Positions 27,509-41,202 of a DNA stretch of 64,000 nt are shown piece after piece. The stretch comes from Octopus vulgaris (taxonomy: Eukaryota): assembly GCA_951406725.2 (NCBI GenBank), contig OX597822.1, positions 4,216,001 through 4,280,000 of the forward strand, given 5' to 3'. Within the stretch, counting starts at the first letter, position 1, and each line of letters starts with the position of its first letter. Under the pieces are notes generated by a model. It was not told where the DNA came from and searched no databases. It saw only the letters and a list, made by a program, of their open reading frames with translations. The position numbers were made by a program, and so were the translations under genes.

Positions 27509-28035
27509 TTATGTATATATGATTATATTTCTAGCAGCTGGAAAAATATAAATCACAACTAGAACCTTCTTTAATCAGAGGACCCAAACAAAAAAAGAAA
27601 GATATTCGAGCTGAACTACGTTACATACATTCACGAGACGAAATATCTTAAACACGATGTGTAAATGTTCAGCTGAAATATTTCATGATTCCAATCTTTA
27701 TCTCATTGTGCACAGATAATCTACAGCAAAATGTATCGACAATCTCAGATTCAACCTCTGTTTGGAAATGTGAATTATAAATACAAGAAGAATATATTTT
27801 CATGTAAAAATTTACCCGATATTATAAATCATTCTCAGAATACAACACAGGGTACAATACATGAATATATTTCATGCAGGCATCGACCAAAGAGATCAAT
27901 GAACGAAATGTTTGGAATAATATAAATTAATATTATGCTAATTAGTTCTAACTGAATTACAAAACAACTGAAGATGTATATGTAAAAAGAAAGATACAAC
28001 TATATAATATATTATATATATATATATATATTTAC

Positions 28036-28117
<82 letters not shown>

Positions 28118-28125
28118 GTAAATAA

Positions 28126-28192
<67 letters not shown>

Positions 28193-28195
<3 letters not shown>

Positions 28196-29197
28196 GTTCG
28201 ACAAAATAATGGAAACACCCTAAAATTTCAAACAGAATTATTTTAATATAGGGTAGAACAGCCTTTGGCAGTAATTACAGTTTGAATCTACGCGGTATGG
28301 ACTCGTACAAAGTTTCAATTATTTCCAAAGGAATTTTTATCCATTCTTGAGCTAAAACAGTCTCCAGTTCTTGTAGTGATGATGATGGAGGATATCGACT
28401 CCTTACTTGTTTTCCTAAAATGCACCATAAATGTTCAATAATACTAAGATTTGAGGACTGTTGTGGCCAGATAAGTTGTTCAACTTCACTAGAATGTTCC
28501 TCGTGCCATTCAGTAATAACTTTAGCTTTGTGAATTGGTGCATTATCATTCTGAAAGACTGCGTTTCCCTCCGGAAACAGCTCCGCAACAATAGGATGAA
28601 TTTGATCAGATTAAATGCTTAGACTTGACTATTAATTCTGCCATGAAGGGAAACCATTGGGCTAGCAGATATCCAAGATATAGCCCACCAGATCATCACA
28701 GATCCTCCTCCATGTTTGACAATTGGAACAAGGCAGTCAGGGTCAAATGCTTCTTTTGGCTGTCTCTACACGTATACTCGGCCGGTGGTCGGAAATAAGA
28801 TAAAGGATGACTCGTCCGAGCAAATAACATTCGTCCACTGCTCTAGGGACCAATTCTGTAGGTTTTTACTCCAGTCTAAATGCTTTGCAACATTTGCTTT
28901 TAAAAGTAGTGGTTTTCGATTGCAGCCATCCCATGAAATCCGACATTGTGCAGCTCCTGGCGAACAGTTTTTTGTGGAAACTGAGTTATCGAAGTGGTCA
29001 TTAAGCTCTGCAGTACTTTTGGGAGCTGTGCTTTTGTGATCCTTTCTAACAATTTGCGTAAGAGTCCGACAGTCCCTATTTGAAACTTTTGATTTTCTTC
29101 CGGGGTTTTGTTTCGACGAGGAGGGTTTTTCCTCTTTCTCAAAGGCTGTCATTACTTTCGAGACAGTACTTCTTGATACATCAAACATTTCGAGCCT
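28193..29197 (-). mobile_element. Tc1-like transposon remnant between (TA)n tracts
   Basis: Minus-strand peptides [52 protein letters not shown]; TIR-like GGGTTCGACAAAATAATGGAAACACC. Confidence 0.9.
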
Positions 29198-29212
29198 TGT
29201 GCCTATAAATAG

Positions 29213-29342
<130 letters not shown>

Positions 29343-29444
29343 GAGAGAGAGAGAGAGAGAGGCTCTTTAGGACTAGCGGAGCATATCTCCGTCAAGTTTT
29401 AACGACACCCTATTTCTTCCTGCGTGGCGGACAAACAGATAGAC

Positions 29445-29503
<59 letters not shown>

Positions 29504-29659
29504 AATGACCCCAGCACAGGTCCCTTATTCATCGATTCCAACAAAAAAAAAAAATGAAGGGTAAAAGTTGACCTCGGATATATTTGAACTTAGAGGGCTA
29601 GAAACCGGAACAAGTAGCGGCCCTAGCAATTCAGCCAATGCATAGACTCGACTCTGTTG

Positions 29660-30150
29660 CAAAGGTAAGATTCCAGCTTGATGTTATTTTACTGTGGTTG
29701 ATCTAAGTGTAAAGAGAATGGATTCTAAATCGTAGACAGAGATGAAAGTGTGATATCTGGGTGAGAATGAGGTTAACAAGGTTTTATGGAATTTGAGAGT
29801 GGTCTATCGATTTGAGTGCCTAAAAGAGGTAGTGTACGTTGAAGTTACTGAGGATTAAGTCAATACAGGTCATGCGATAATCGAATAAATATTGGTGACT
29901 GGAGAAGTTCAGAGAGTGTGATAAATATCAGATGAACTTAAAGAAGTGGGAAAGAGAGAGGCTTTAAAGGAGAGTAACTAGATCTTGTTAGTTAATGTGC
30001 AAGGAATAGAGATGAGTGATAGCGAGAAAGGATTTCAAGTAAATGCAAACGATACCACCTTTCAGAAACAAGCTAGTATATAGAATAAAGCCTGGATATC
30101 AGAGATAGTAGAGATAAAGGCTGAGAGATTTTTGTGTGGTTTATATGATA
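29660..30150 (-). mobile_element. Possible degenerate CR1/Jockey-group LINE 3' fragment
   Basis: Weak minus-strand resemblance to post-RT LINE sequence; many stops. Confidence 0.3.
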
Positions 30151-30963
30151 TTATAAGGTTGTGAATAGGATCAATATTTTTCTGTGGTTCGCAAATATTG
30201 GTGTAAAGTGAGAATTGGCCAGCACATTGATTATCGATTTATGTACATTCTTAGTGCGTATTTTATTCTCTATCAGTCCTGGATAGATTGGCAGCGAAAT
30301 AAAATAAGTACAAGTTGACGTACAACGATGAAATAAATAACATTTTTGAGACGCTGTGTCCGGTGCTTCACTGCTTCTTGCTCCTCGTGCTCTCGGTTTT
30401 AGGGGAAAATAATGGCTTTTTGCATTCATACAAACCCAAACTCTTTGCAGTGGGATGTAATTGATTTCACTATTCCACTGGTACTTATTTATCGACCTCC
30501 GATAAACATAGGACGTGTAGGAATGAAACAAAATATCAACACAATATTCCCGAGGCTCTTCCAATTTCGCCGAACCAATAACCGTGTATCGATCAAAATA
30601 ATAGGTACAGGTCTACAAAAATTATTAATGTAGTGGATTGCAATTTATTCAACTGGTACTAATTGTCTTGATATTTGGAGGATGAAAGGCAAACGTGACT
30701 CTGTACGACATTAGATCTCAAACAATAGAAAAGTAAAACTAATTTTGTTGTATTTCGGGACGGTCATTTATTTTCTTTTGCCAAATAAAAACAGGCCTTG
30801 CGACTTTAATAAAAGTGATTGTATTTACTGAGACAGCCGTAAAGTTGAAGGAACCATAGCTTTACGCTTATGTATTTGCTTTGCAAGATTCTTGTTATGA
30901 AATCGTGTGTATAAACATATTGTTATATTTCTGGATGGTCATATCTTTTTGTCAAATGAGCAC

Positions 30964-31024
<61 letters not shown>

Positions 31025-31062
31025 TTGTTCTTATTTTAGTGCCCTTTGACTTGAAATAATAT

Positions 31063-31283
31063 ATTTCTTCACTATCCCACAAGGCTAAACATAGAAGGGA
31101 CAAACAAGGATAGACAAACGGTTAAGTCGATTACATAGACCCCAGTGCGAAACTGGTACTTTACTTATCGACCCCGAAAGAATGAAAGGCAAAGTCGACC
31201 TCGGCGGAATTTGAACTCAGAATGTAACGACAGACGAAATACCGCTAAGCATTCCGCCCGGTGCGCTAACGTGTCTGCCAGCT
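31063..31283 (-). mobile_element. SINE B2
   Basis: Reverse complement of B2 body and tail. Confidence 0.85.
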
Positions 31284-31297
31284 GAAGTGAAGAACGA

Positions 31298-31835
<538 letters not shown>

Positions 31836-31898
31836 TATTGGTAAAAACGGTAAGATAACAAAAGAAAGAAAGAGACCTCAATATTATGTAAATAGAGG

Positions 31899-32018
31899 AA
31901 ATTCTGAGTTTCGGATGCCGAAGTGGAAATCCACAACACCATCTCTTCGGTTATCTGGCCAGATAACCGAAGAGATGGTGTTGTGGATTTCCACTTCGGT
32001 ATCCGAAACTCAGAATTT
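31899..32018. repeat. 120-bp loopless palindrome (one mismatch)
   Basis: Centre TATCTGG|CCAGATA at 31958/31959. Confidence 0.95.
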
Positions 32019-32187
32019 TATCTTGGCTATTGAATAATGGTAACATATTAATTTACAGATATATGTATATATATATATATATATATAATATTAATTAGAG
32101 ACAAAACCACTATTATGCAAATCAAACAAAGAAAGACTTAATCCAATACATAAAAAATCTGATATAAATTAAATATAATTAAGATAT

Positions 32188-32233
32188 CCACTACGATCGT
32201 TTCTTGTCACTTCTATTGACATTCATCAGGTGG
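32188..32233 (-). ncRNA. Minimal hammerhead ribozyme (inverted copy)
   Basis: Exact reverse complement of 33043-33088. Confidence 0.75.
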
Positions 32234-33042
32234 TTTCAAGACCTAAAATATAATCAATATTTAGAATATTGTTATTTAGAATACTGCAGTGTGAATACGT
32301 TTATGTATGAATGATTGTATGTGTGTGTGTGTGTGTGAGTATGCATTATTAATGTGTAGAAATATTGTCTTTATGTATTTGTGTATGTATAAATATATAC
32401 ATGTGTGTGTGTGTTTGTTTACGTATTTATATATGTTTATTACATGCAAATAGTATATAGAATATATATGTGTGTGTGTTTGTTTACGTAATTATATATG
32501 TTTATTACACATATATATAGTATATAGTATTTAATAATATTTTACTAAGAATGAGATATTTCTATAAGTTTGTGGTTGAGTATCTGCGGCTACTGGATGT
32601 TATATTTCCTCTGTGTTATTATCATGCTGAGAGAATATGTTTATGAATGAGGGATTGTATGTGTGTGTGTGGGAGTATGAATAAGTAATGTGTAGAAGTA
32701 TACGGCTACATTATAAATTTGTCTATATGTTTATGTGTATGTATAGATATATATATGTGTGTGTGAGTTTGTGTATGTATTTAGATATGTTTATATACAT
32801 ACATGGATATATGTGCATGAGCATGTGTGTATATATATTTTTTATTTTTGTTTTTTGAAATTAGCGATTTCATCTTTAAATATGAGAATCTAAATATACT
32901 AGGTTTCATTATATACAATCGTTTATAGAGCTTATTTTAGTTCTTGATTATATATATTTTCATTGATAATTTTATATTTTATATATATTAGTCATTTCAA
33001 ATTTATATCTTAAAAATATTGATTATATTTTAGGTCTTGAAA

Positions 33043-33088
33043 CCACCTGATGAATGTCAATAGAAGTGACAAGAAACGATCGTAGTGG
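33043..33088 (+). ncRNA. Minimal type I hammerhead ribozyme
   Basis: CCAC CTGATGA A TGTCA atagaag TGACA A GAAA C GATC G TA GTGG: intact core, stems I and II, 1-bp stem III with palindromic loop, predicted cut after GUA (33084). Confidence 0.75.
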
Positions 33089-34114
33089 ATATCTTAATTA
33101 TATTTAATTTATATAAAATTTTTTATGTATTGGATTAAGTCTTTCTTTGTTTGATTTGCATAATAGTGGTTTTGTCTCCAATTAATATTATATTTTACTA
33201 TAAAATTGGATTCAATCCTAAATCTGATTTTTCCCTGTAAATTTGGATTTATTCCCTAATATTTATTATTTTTATTATATATATATATGTATATAATGCA
33301 TGTGCTTATTTGACAAAAAGATATGGCCACCCCGAAATATAACAATATGTTTCCACACACGATTTCATATCAAGAACCTCGCAAAGCAAGTACATAAACG
33401 TAAAGCTACGGTTCCTTCAACTTTACGGCTGTCTCCGTAAATACAATCACTTTTATTAAAGTCGCAAGGCCTGAAATTTGGATGAGAGAGTGCTGGTAGA
33501 TTGCATCGATTCCAGTACGCAACTGCATCGACCCCGAAAGGATGAAAATCAAAGTTAAACTCGGTGAAATTTGAACTCACAAGATAAAAACGGGCGCAAT
33601 GCCATTAAGTATTTTGTCTGACGTGCAATCGATTCTACCAGCTCGCTGTCTATGTCTTTCATCATCATCTTTGTTCGACCGTGGTCGAGACTTTCATAGT
33701 CTTTTCAAATGGCTAATAATGTGTGTGCGCGCCGCTACTACACACATTGGAAAGCATTGTACAACCAAGCACTAAAGAAGATCTTTCCTCCTCCATGAAA
33801 CAAAGCTGTTCCCGCTGGACGTCAACCCAGTATTTCTAAGCTACGGACCGAGTGATTTGTTGTAAGGTTATCTCCCTAGATAGGTTGCCTTCACTATGGC
33901 TAAGGAGCCCTTTCTAACCCACTGACATAGGTTGTACTGGTTTACAGTTTACCAGTAGCAGGATCCGATGCTGCATACATCAGACTTTAGTAAATATAAT
34001 GATTTCTTGCATTGTCACCAGATCATAAATATTTCTTCGAGATGATACCAGGGTGATTTCAGTATAAAAATGGTAGTTATTTTACAGAAACTATCTCCCA
34101 AAGGAACAAAATAT

Positions 34115-34326
34115 TGTATTCACCTCAATAGACGTCATTGATTGGTTGAAATTGCCGAAATGCAAGAAATTAAACAACAAATAGCTTACAAACTACAGAA
34201 TTTTCTCAAGAAAGCCAAAAGAAAAAGATGTTTTATGTAACACATTCTACCAGCATACGAAGTTTAAAAGTGTTTAGTTACAAAGAAATTATTTTTTAAA
34301 TCTGCCGGTCAAAGTGAAAAGATTCC
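34115..34326. mobile_element. Partial, diverged third copy of the TTAGGG MITE (right half)
   Basis: Aligns to 5180-5379. Confidence 0.75.
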
Positions 34327-34739
34327 AAAATTCAAGGATAGACAAAGAGACGGTTACTTCATAGGTATTTATTTTATCGACTCCAGAAAGATGCATGGTG
34401 ACGCCGGTTTGGTTGGAATTTGAACTTACAAAATACCTCTGGGTATTTTTGCCTATCGCATTCGCCATTATACTGTCCGTCACATCTACTCAATCGTACT
34501 ATTCAGTTGACAGTCATTGCGAAACGAAGCAGCGGTGTACAACCAATAAGGTCCCCTATTAAATATTGTTGATTAAACTACTTCCTACATCGTGCGTATG
34601 TGTGTGTGTGTGCGTTTGTGTGTGCGGTTGTGTGTCAGCGCGTATCTGTGTGTCAGTCTTTGTAAGTGCTATTTGGTCGGTAGCGCTGGATTGCTCTGAG
34701 AGAAGTACATCAGATGTGAATAATTTCCTCCCATAATAA

Positions 34740-34759
34740 CTCTCCCTCTCTCTCTCCCT

Positions 34760-34805
<46 letters not shown>

Positions 34806-35109
34806 TCTCCGCCACGCAGACTTAAAATTTTTTATCTCTGGTTCATTTATTCTATAACCTTCTGCTGTATTCCGTCCCTTACGATCACGTTTCTTGCTCT
34901 CCCCTTCTCCCTCTCAATCTCTCCTCCTCACCGTCTTACTCCTTCCATACCTCTTCTCATTTACTTTTATTCTCCCCCATCACTCTTTACGCCTTCTCTT
35001 ACTTTTATTCTCCCTCCTACTTTCACTCCATCTTTCTCAATCTCTCTTTCTTTCCTACTATCTCACTCCTCATTTTGAAATATATATTCTCATTCCGATT
35101 CTTTCGCTC

Positions 35110-35158
<49 letters not shown>

Positions 35159-35343
35159 CTGTCTATTTATCTATCTATCTCTCTGTCTTCCTCTTTCTCT
35201 CTGTCTCTCTTTTTTTATCTATCTACCTACCTACCTATCTCTTTATCAATCTATTTATCTATTCATCTATATATATATATATATATATATATCTACCTAC
35301 CTACCTATCTCTCTATCAATCTATTTATCTATTCATCTATCTA

Positions 35344-35378
<35 letters not shown>

Positions 35379-35585
35379 ACCTACCTACCTATCTCTCTAC
35401 CTATCTATTTATCTATCTATATGCTCTTCTCTCCCTTATTCATTCCCCTTTATTTTACTCCATCTAATTGTCTATGCCTATCCTCTCTTTATACCTACGA
35501 ACACTTTCCTCTTTCTCTCTCTCTCTCTCTCTCCCTTTCTCTCTCATCTCTCTTCTCTTCTTTCCTCCTTCCGACCATATATACA

Positions 35586-35618
<33 letters not shown>

Positions 35619-35924
35619 CTACGCGTGCGCGCACATATACATCAGCGTTTATCGGCAGCGATTAGGTTACCATAGCAACACTGACCGTCCAACATCTATC
35701 GATGTATTAAGTAAATACCCCGATTTTTAATACTTCATCGTCCAGACCAAGGAGACTCAAACAAACATGTGAGCGTATGTGCGTTTGTGTGTGTGTCTGT
35801 GTGTGTGTGTGTGTCTGGGGGTGCGCACGCGCATATGCGTATAAGAATGTTTGTCTGTGTACGTATATGTGTGCATGCACACATGTTAGTGATCAGAAAA
35901 TCTAAACGGTACGTATGATATTTC

Positions 35925-36003
<79 letters not shown>

Positions 36004-36163
36004 GATGCTCCGTAGAAACAAGAGTTCAAGTATCTGGCCTTGTTGCAATGTAAGGAAACGGTAAACCGAATAGTTGTAAAAATGTACGTGTCTGTGTTTG
36101 TGTGTGTGTGTACGTATATGTTTGTATATGTTTGTATATGCATGTGTGTGTATTTATATATAG

Positions 36164-36235
<72 letters not shown>

Positions 36236-36460
36236 GCATACATACATACACATATATACATAGATATACTTATATATACATATATATACATATATCCTTA
36301 TATATATATATACCACATATACATACGTGTGTGTGTATATAGATACACATATATATACATGTATATATATGTGTGTGTGTATATATTTATGTATGTATGT
36401 GTATATGCATGTATGTATGTATGTATGTATGCATGTATGTATGTATGTATGTATGTATGT
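34740..36460. repeat. Complex low-complexity block (CT, CTAT, CA/GT, GATA, TATG)
   Basis: Direct inspection. Confidence 0.9.
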
Positions 36461-36652
36461 GAGTGTAATTCGGCAGGAGGACTTAAACGACATGCAAAAG
36501 TACATTAAGCCCAGTTACAACTACAGCCGGCTATCACCGGTAAAGGTTTTAGCTGCCAATTCTGTACAAGACATTGTAGATCTTTAGCTGGGCACCAATA
36601 ACAGTTAAGCTTCGTGCAATGACCATACTCGATAACGAGGGGGCAGCCATCA
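36460..36652 (+). mobile_element. Probable RTE-like LINE 3' end
   Basis: NSAGGLKRHAKVH-stop resembles the terminal zinc-finger half of RTE ORF2, followed by a short UTR. Confidence 0.4.
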
Positions 36653-36971
36653 TTTGAGTGCATATACGTGAAGTTGGCACAGCTTTGCTATTGTGTATAT
36701 TAAATGTACACAAATCCCTTTATTATTCAGTTATCATTACCGCGCCACAAACAAAAGCATTGTCGCTCCTCAGTATGCTAGAAGTAATGCAGAAAGCTAC
36801 CTCAAAGCATAAGCTACCGTTTATACAATAGATGGGCTGCATTAGATAATAATAGCAGTATAACCCAGCTTTGCCTGGGATTAAGTTAGGATTATTAAGC
36901 TAATCAAGTTCTTTATTTCAAACCAAACTAAGTAACATCGACATCAAATTTGGGTGAAATCTGTTTAAATT

Positions 36972-37015
<44 letters not shown>

Positions 37016-37017
<2 letters not shown>

Positions 37018-37212
37018 TAAAGTTTACGAAAATAAACAAAAGACGAAGGCAGGTGGTGTACAAAACAAACAGATGTATTAGTATAACGCTCAGGAATAGA
37101 AAAAGTCTTTTACGTTTCGAGCCTACGCTCTTCTACAGAAAGAGACACAGAAAAAAAACAAGGAGAGAAACAAGGAGAGAAAAAATGTGTGTAGTAGCTA
37201 ACGATCTATCAT
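37016..37212 (-). mobile_element. Short (TA)n-associated Penelope-like element with degenerate hammerhead (37107-37142)
   Basis: CTTT CTGTAGA A GAGC gtag GCTC GAAA CG TA AAAG; related copies at 13983, 23420, 47955 and 54340. Confidence 0.6.
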
Positions 37213-37304
37213 GACGTCTGATATATACAGTATATATACATGGGCAACACACACACACACGTACGTACATACATCTATTGCATACATGTTTTTGTACGCA
37301 TACA

Positions 37305-37371
<67 letters not shown>

Positions 37372-38473
37372 GCGTGTGTGTGTTGCCCGTATATCAACAA
37401 AACACTTTTTTCTTCGGTGGAAAATAAACAACAAAAGTCTTAACAAAAGCTTACTCGTCGCTAGAAGGGGACTTAACTCCTGTTTGCAAACAATGGTGAT
37501 TTCTCCGATTTGAAAATTGTTAAAAGTTTGGTTGAAAAATTATTTTTACTGCTATTCGCTGGTGCCTCTGGTAAAAATAAGTTAACGAAAATACAGCTAG
37601 AATCATGACGAATGTCCTCCTAAAATTGGAGTGACATGCTCGCTAATTTGTGGACGTGCATAAATTACATTCACGTACACATACGCGCACACACACACAC
37701 ACACATCCTGCCTTTTATATATACATATATTCCGAGACACTCCAGATCACTGTCAGGACTACTGGAAAGGGAGACCGGTGACTGTGCTGCTTAGATATCA
37801 CAAGTGCGTGGGATCGAATAATATGCGAGCCCATTATTATTTATACTTTCCGAAATAGACTATGCCTGAAAAGATGGTTAAATAGTCATGGCTGGAAAGC
37901 TTTTTACCACTGGAACAAACGTTCCTTGTTTCACAGTTAGTCTTACGGTGAACTTTTTTGCATCATTGCATAGTATAATAGGTATAAAAGAAGTAATATT
38001 AGTACTATCAAGTCTTGGAACCGTGTTGTATAATTACAAACATTCAACCGTTAGTCATAGTAATGATTTATCTGTGATACGCATTGTAGTAAAAAATATT
38101 GTTGTAATTGTTTAGCGTGTATATAGACTAAATAATTGATCAGTTTTCGGGAATTATTACATTGACATCAGGTGATACCAATTGCAAAATTAAATAATAC
38201 TTTTTTTTACCTTTGTAGACACAGGACTGTAACAAAAAGGGATCTCCGCCCTGAAAGACTTAGTTGGCCAAATTAATTCCAGTATTTATTTTAAGTCCGG
38301 TGCTTATTCTACCCATGATGCTAAGTTACGGGGCTCAAAATTCCACTGGTCGTCAAGCGCTGAGAGACAAATACAAAAGCATACATACAAATGCGCAATC
38401 AAACGTACACACACACATGTCACATACATGCATACATACATATATACATACATATTTATATGTGTGTGTGTGC

Positions 38474-38516
<43 letters not shown>

Positions 38517-38725
38517 TACATAAGTATGTATGCATGCGTACAGACATACGGGCGTACCTTTATACATAAATACATACATATATATACATACATACCCACA
38601 TACATATACACATACGTACGTGCGTACATGCATGCATACATATATCCATACATACATACATACATACATACATACATACATACATACATACATACATACA
38701 TACATACATACATACATACATACAT

Positions 38726-39560
38726 ACGGTGCTGTCAGCATCGGATGTTCTTTCTGAACGCCTTCCTCTAGAAATATGCCGACGTCTCCAGCCTAAAACG
38801 ACAACTGGTTTATTTCTCCAATAATTAATACGAGAAACATATTTTACTCACCTGAACAGATTTTAAAATATACATCTACACCATGTGGAATCTCGCTAAC
38901 ACGATAATGGCTGAAACTAACCCCATCGCAGATGAAGTTCACAACGTCACGACCGATGAAAACAGAAGTTCGTCACTAGTAAGTTATTTAAGAAGACGTA
39001 AGTACTCTTCGCTTTTTACTTGGACTCACCAACTAAAGCAAGATTTACTTGGGTGCTATGAAAAGCCCGAGATGACCCTTCAATCGGAAACATGAAGTGG
39101 TTAAAACAATACTGGGACAAAGCTCATCCCAACTTAAACACCTTCAAGCCGAAACAGCTCCGACCACAAGCATCTTTTGTGAAAAAAAAGAACTTCGATT
39201 CTCCCCAAACACTGAGAATGGACCAAAATCTACCAGAAGCGGCGTAAAAATAATGTAAACGAACCACTGCTCCCGCCATCGCAAAATTCTCCAAATTTAG
39301 CTGACTCAGCTGCGAAGACTGCGGAATAAATTCAACTCAAAAACATTTTAAAATTACAATTCGCAAAAAAGATTTGGTACATTCTCGAAGCTTTCGTTGA
39401 GCAACAGACCATTCCCAACAAGGGTGAAGAAAAGTTCAACCGATCTAATTTTAAAGTTATCAACGATGTTGCTGGAGAGCACATGGAATCATGTGATGTT
39501 AATTACTGGAATATAAATACTCTTATTGACACAGCCATTATTACTCTACATGATCCCGTT
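38726..39560 (+). mobile_element. R4/Dong-like LINE 5' remnant
   Basis: FTWTHQLKQDLLGCYEK and MKWLKQYWDKAHPNL...KQLRPQA resemble the N-terminus of R4/Dong-type ORFs; preceded by (CATA)n. Confidence 0.5.
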
Positions 39561-39821
39561 ACCTTCCTTCAAATATGTGGAAGAGTTTGAAATGATACCA
39601 AATGTAAATTTTAGGGACAATATTATCAAAAGAGCGTTGGACAAAACTCTGTACTACATTTCGTTACGTTCGAGGCTGCGTTATATATCATCCCTCATGT
39701 TGACTAGATCGATTCAATCACGTGACAGGATCTTTTGCTAAATACCTCTGTCCAAGCAGTGTTCATATCTATCATGGCTAAGTATTAAATATATATTTAT
39801 TGTTTCGCTAAGCAGCCAGCA

Positions 39822-39894
39822 GGGGAATTAGCTCAAGTGGTAGAGCGCTCGCTTAGCATGTGAGAGGTACCGGGATCGATACCCGGATTCTCCA
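39822..39894 (+). tRNA. tRNA-Ala (anticodon AGC)
   Basis: 73-nt cloverleaf GGGGAAT...ATTCTCCA, G3:U70 alanine identity pair, AGC at 39855-39857, followed by a T7 Pol III terminator. Confidence 0.96.
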
Positions 39895-39901
39895 TTTTTT
39901 T
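39895..39901 (+). terminator. Pol III oligo-T terminator
   Basis: TTTTTTT directly after the tRNA. Confidence 0.8.
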
Positions 39902-40169
39902 ATTATTTTGCGGCTACTTAATTTTGCAATTCCAGTAGGCTGGAAATAAAAATTGGCCTTGATGGGATTTGAATTCAGAAAATAAAAGAAAACGGAACAA
40001 ATACTAAAAAGCATATTTATTTGACGCACTTACGATTCTGCCACTCCGCTACTTTTTCATGCTGCAATAAAAAATAAAATAAAATAAAAAATTGTCTCAT
40101 AATATTTTTATCTTATTTCATTTTTATTTTTATTTTTATTTATTTAAATTTTTTTTTTTTTTTTTTTTG

Positions 40170-40582
40170 TCGGTGTTATTTCCTATTTGCTTCTATCTAG
40201 AAATCAAAGGAAATGACTACTATTCCCTTCAAAGTTAGCTTTTGTCACCAGGACATCAATGTTTTGAAACTGACCTATTTTCCTATTACATTTCAGACAG
40301 ATTCAGTGCTGATTTGCTGAAACATAAATATTGTTATAGCAAATATTCTACTCAGTACCATAGATTTGCTTGTCAGTTGCGTGACCGTAACCAGTTCAGC
40401 ATGTCCTTTAGTGGCTGACAATTTTTGCATCACTGATGATGATCAGTAGTAGGGGAGCATCATAGCCATGTGCTGAAAGAGATTCTTTCAACTTTGAATA
40501 AATGTAACAAAAGCAAAGTTTGAAGGAAATATTAGCCATTTTTCATACTTTCTAGGAGCAAGCTAATAGGAAATTACCCAAA
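40170..40582. mobile_element. Old MITE with long degenerate TIRs
   Basis: ATTTCCTATTTGC...CCCTTCAAAGTTAGCTTTTGTCAC versus GTAACAAAAGCAAAGTTTGAAGG...GCTAATAGGAAAT. Confidence 0.55.
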
Positions 40583-41129
40583 AATCGTGTTACACAATGT
40601 AATTGTTTCTGATATAGGAACGAGACCTAAAATTTGGTCGAAAGGGATTCATCAATAAAATGACGTCAGTACTTGACAGGTACTTTATTTTTGTCGACTC
40701 CAGAAAGAATTTGAACTCGGGGCGTTAAGGGCCGGAAGAAAACAGCGTAATGAATTTTATCCGATGACCTAACGAGTATGTCAATTCACCCCTCTAACAT
40801 CTCAACATGGAGAATACGAATATGATTCCCTTACCTTTTACTTGCTAAACGAGGGCTCTACTGATTTGGTTAACTCCCCAGCAATATTTTAATATAAATG
40901 TTTCCAATATTGACACAAAGAAACTAATTTTAAGAGGAGAGGGTAAGTTGGAACGATCGACTCGAGCACTTGACTAACTTTATTTTATCGACACCGAAAG
41001 GATAGAATGGAAAACTACTCTCAGCGGGATTTGAACTGAGAAAGAAAAAAGAACGGAACCAATATCACGAGGTATCTTGTCTGACAATAAAACGAGTGTG
41101 CCAATCCACAGCCGCAAAATAATAAAAAA

Positions 41130-41202
41130 TGGAGAATCCGGGTATCGATCCCGGTACCTCTCACATGCTAAGCGAGCGCTCTACCACTTGAGCTAATTCC
41201 CC
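41130..41202 (-). tRNA. tRNA-Ala (anticodon AGC), identical inverted copy
   Basis: Exact reverse complement of 39822-39894; T6 terminator on the minus strand. Confidence 0.96.

Larger units (their letters stand above)
32086..33280. mobile_element. Penelope-like non-autonomous element with 177-bp inverted pseudo-LTRs
   Basis: 32086-32262 is the near-perfect reverse complement of 33014-33190; each arm carries a hammerhead motif; (TA)n flanks. Confidence 0.7.
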
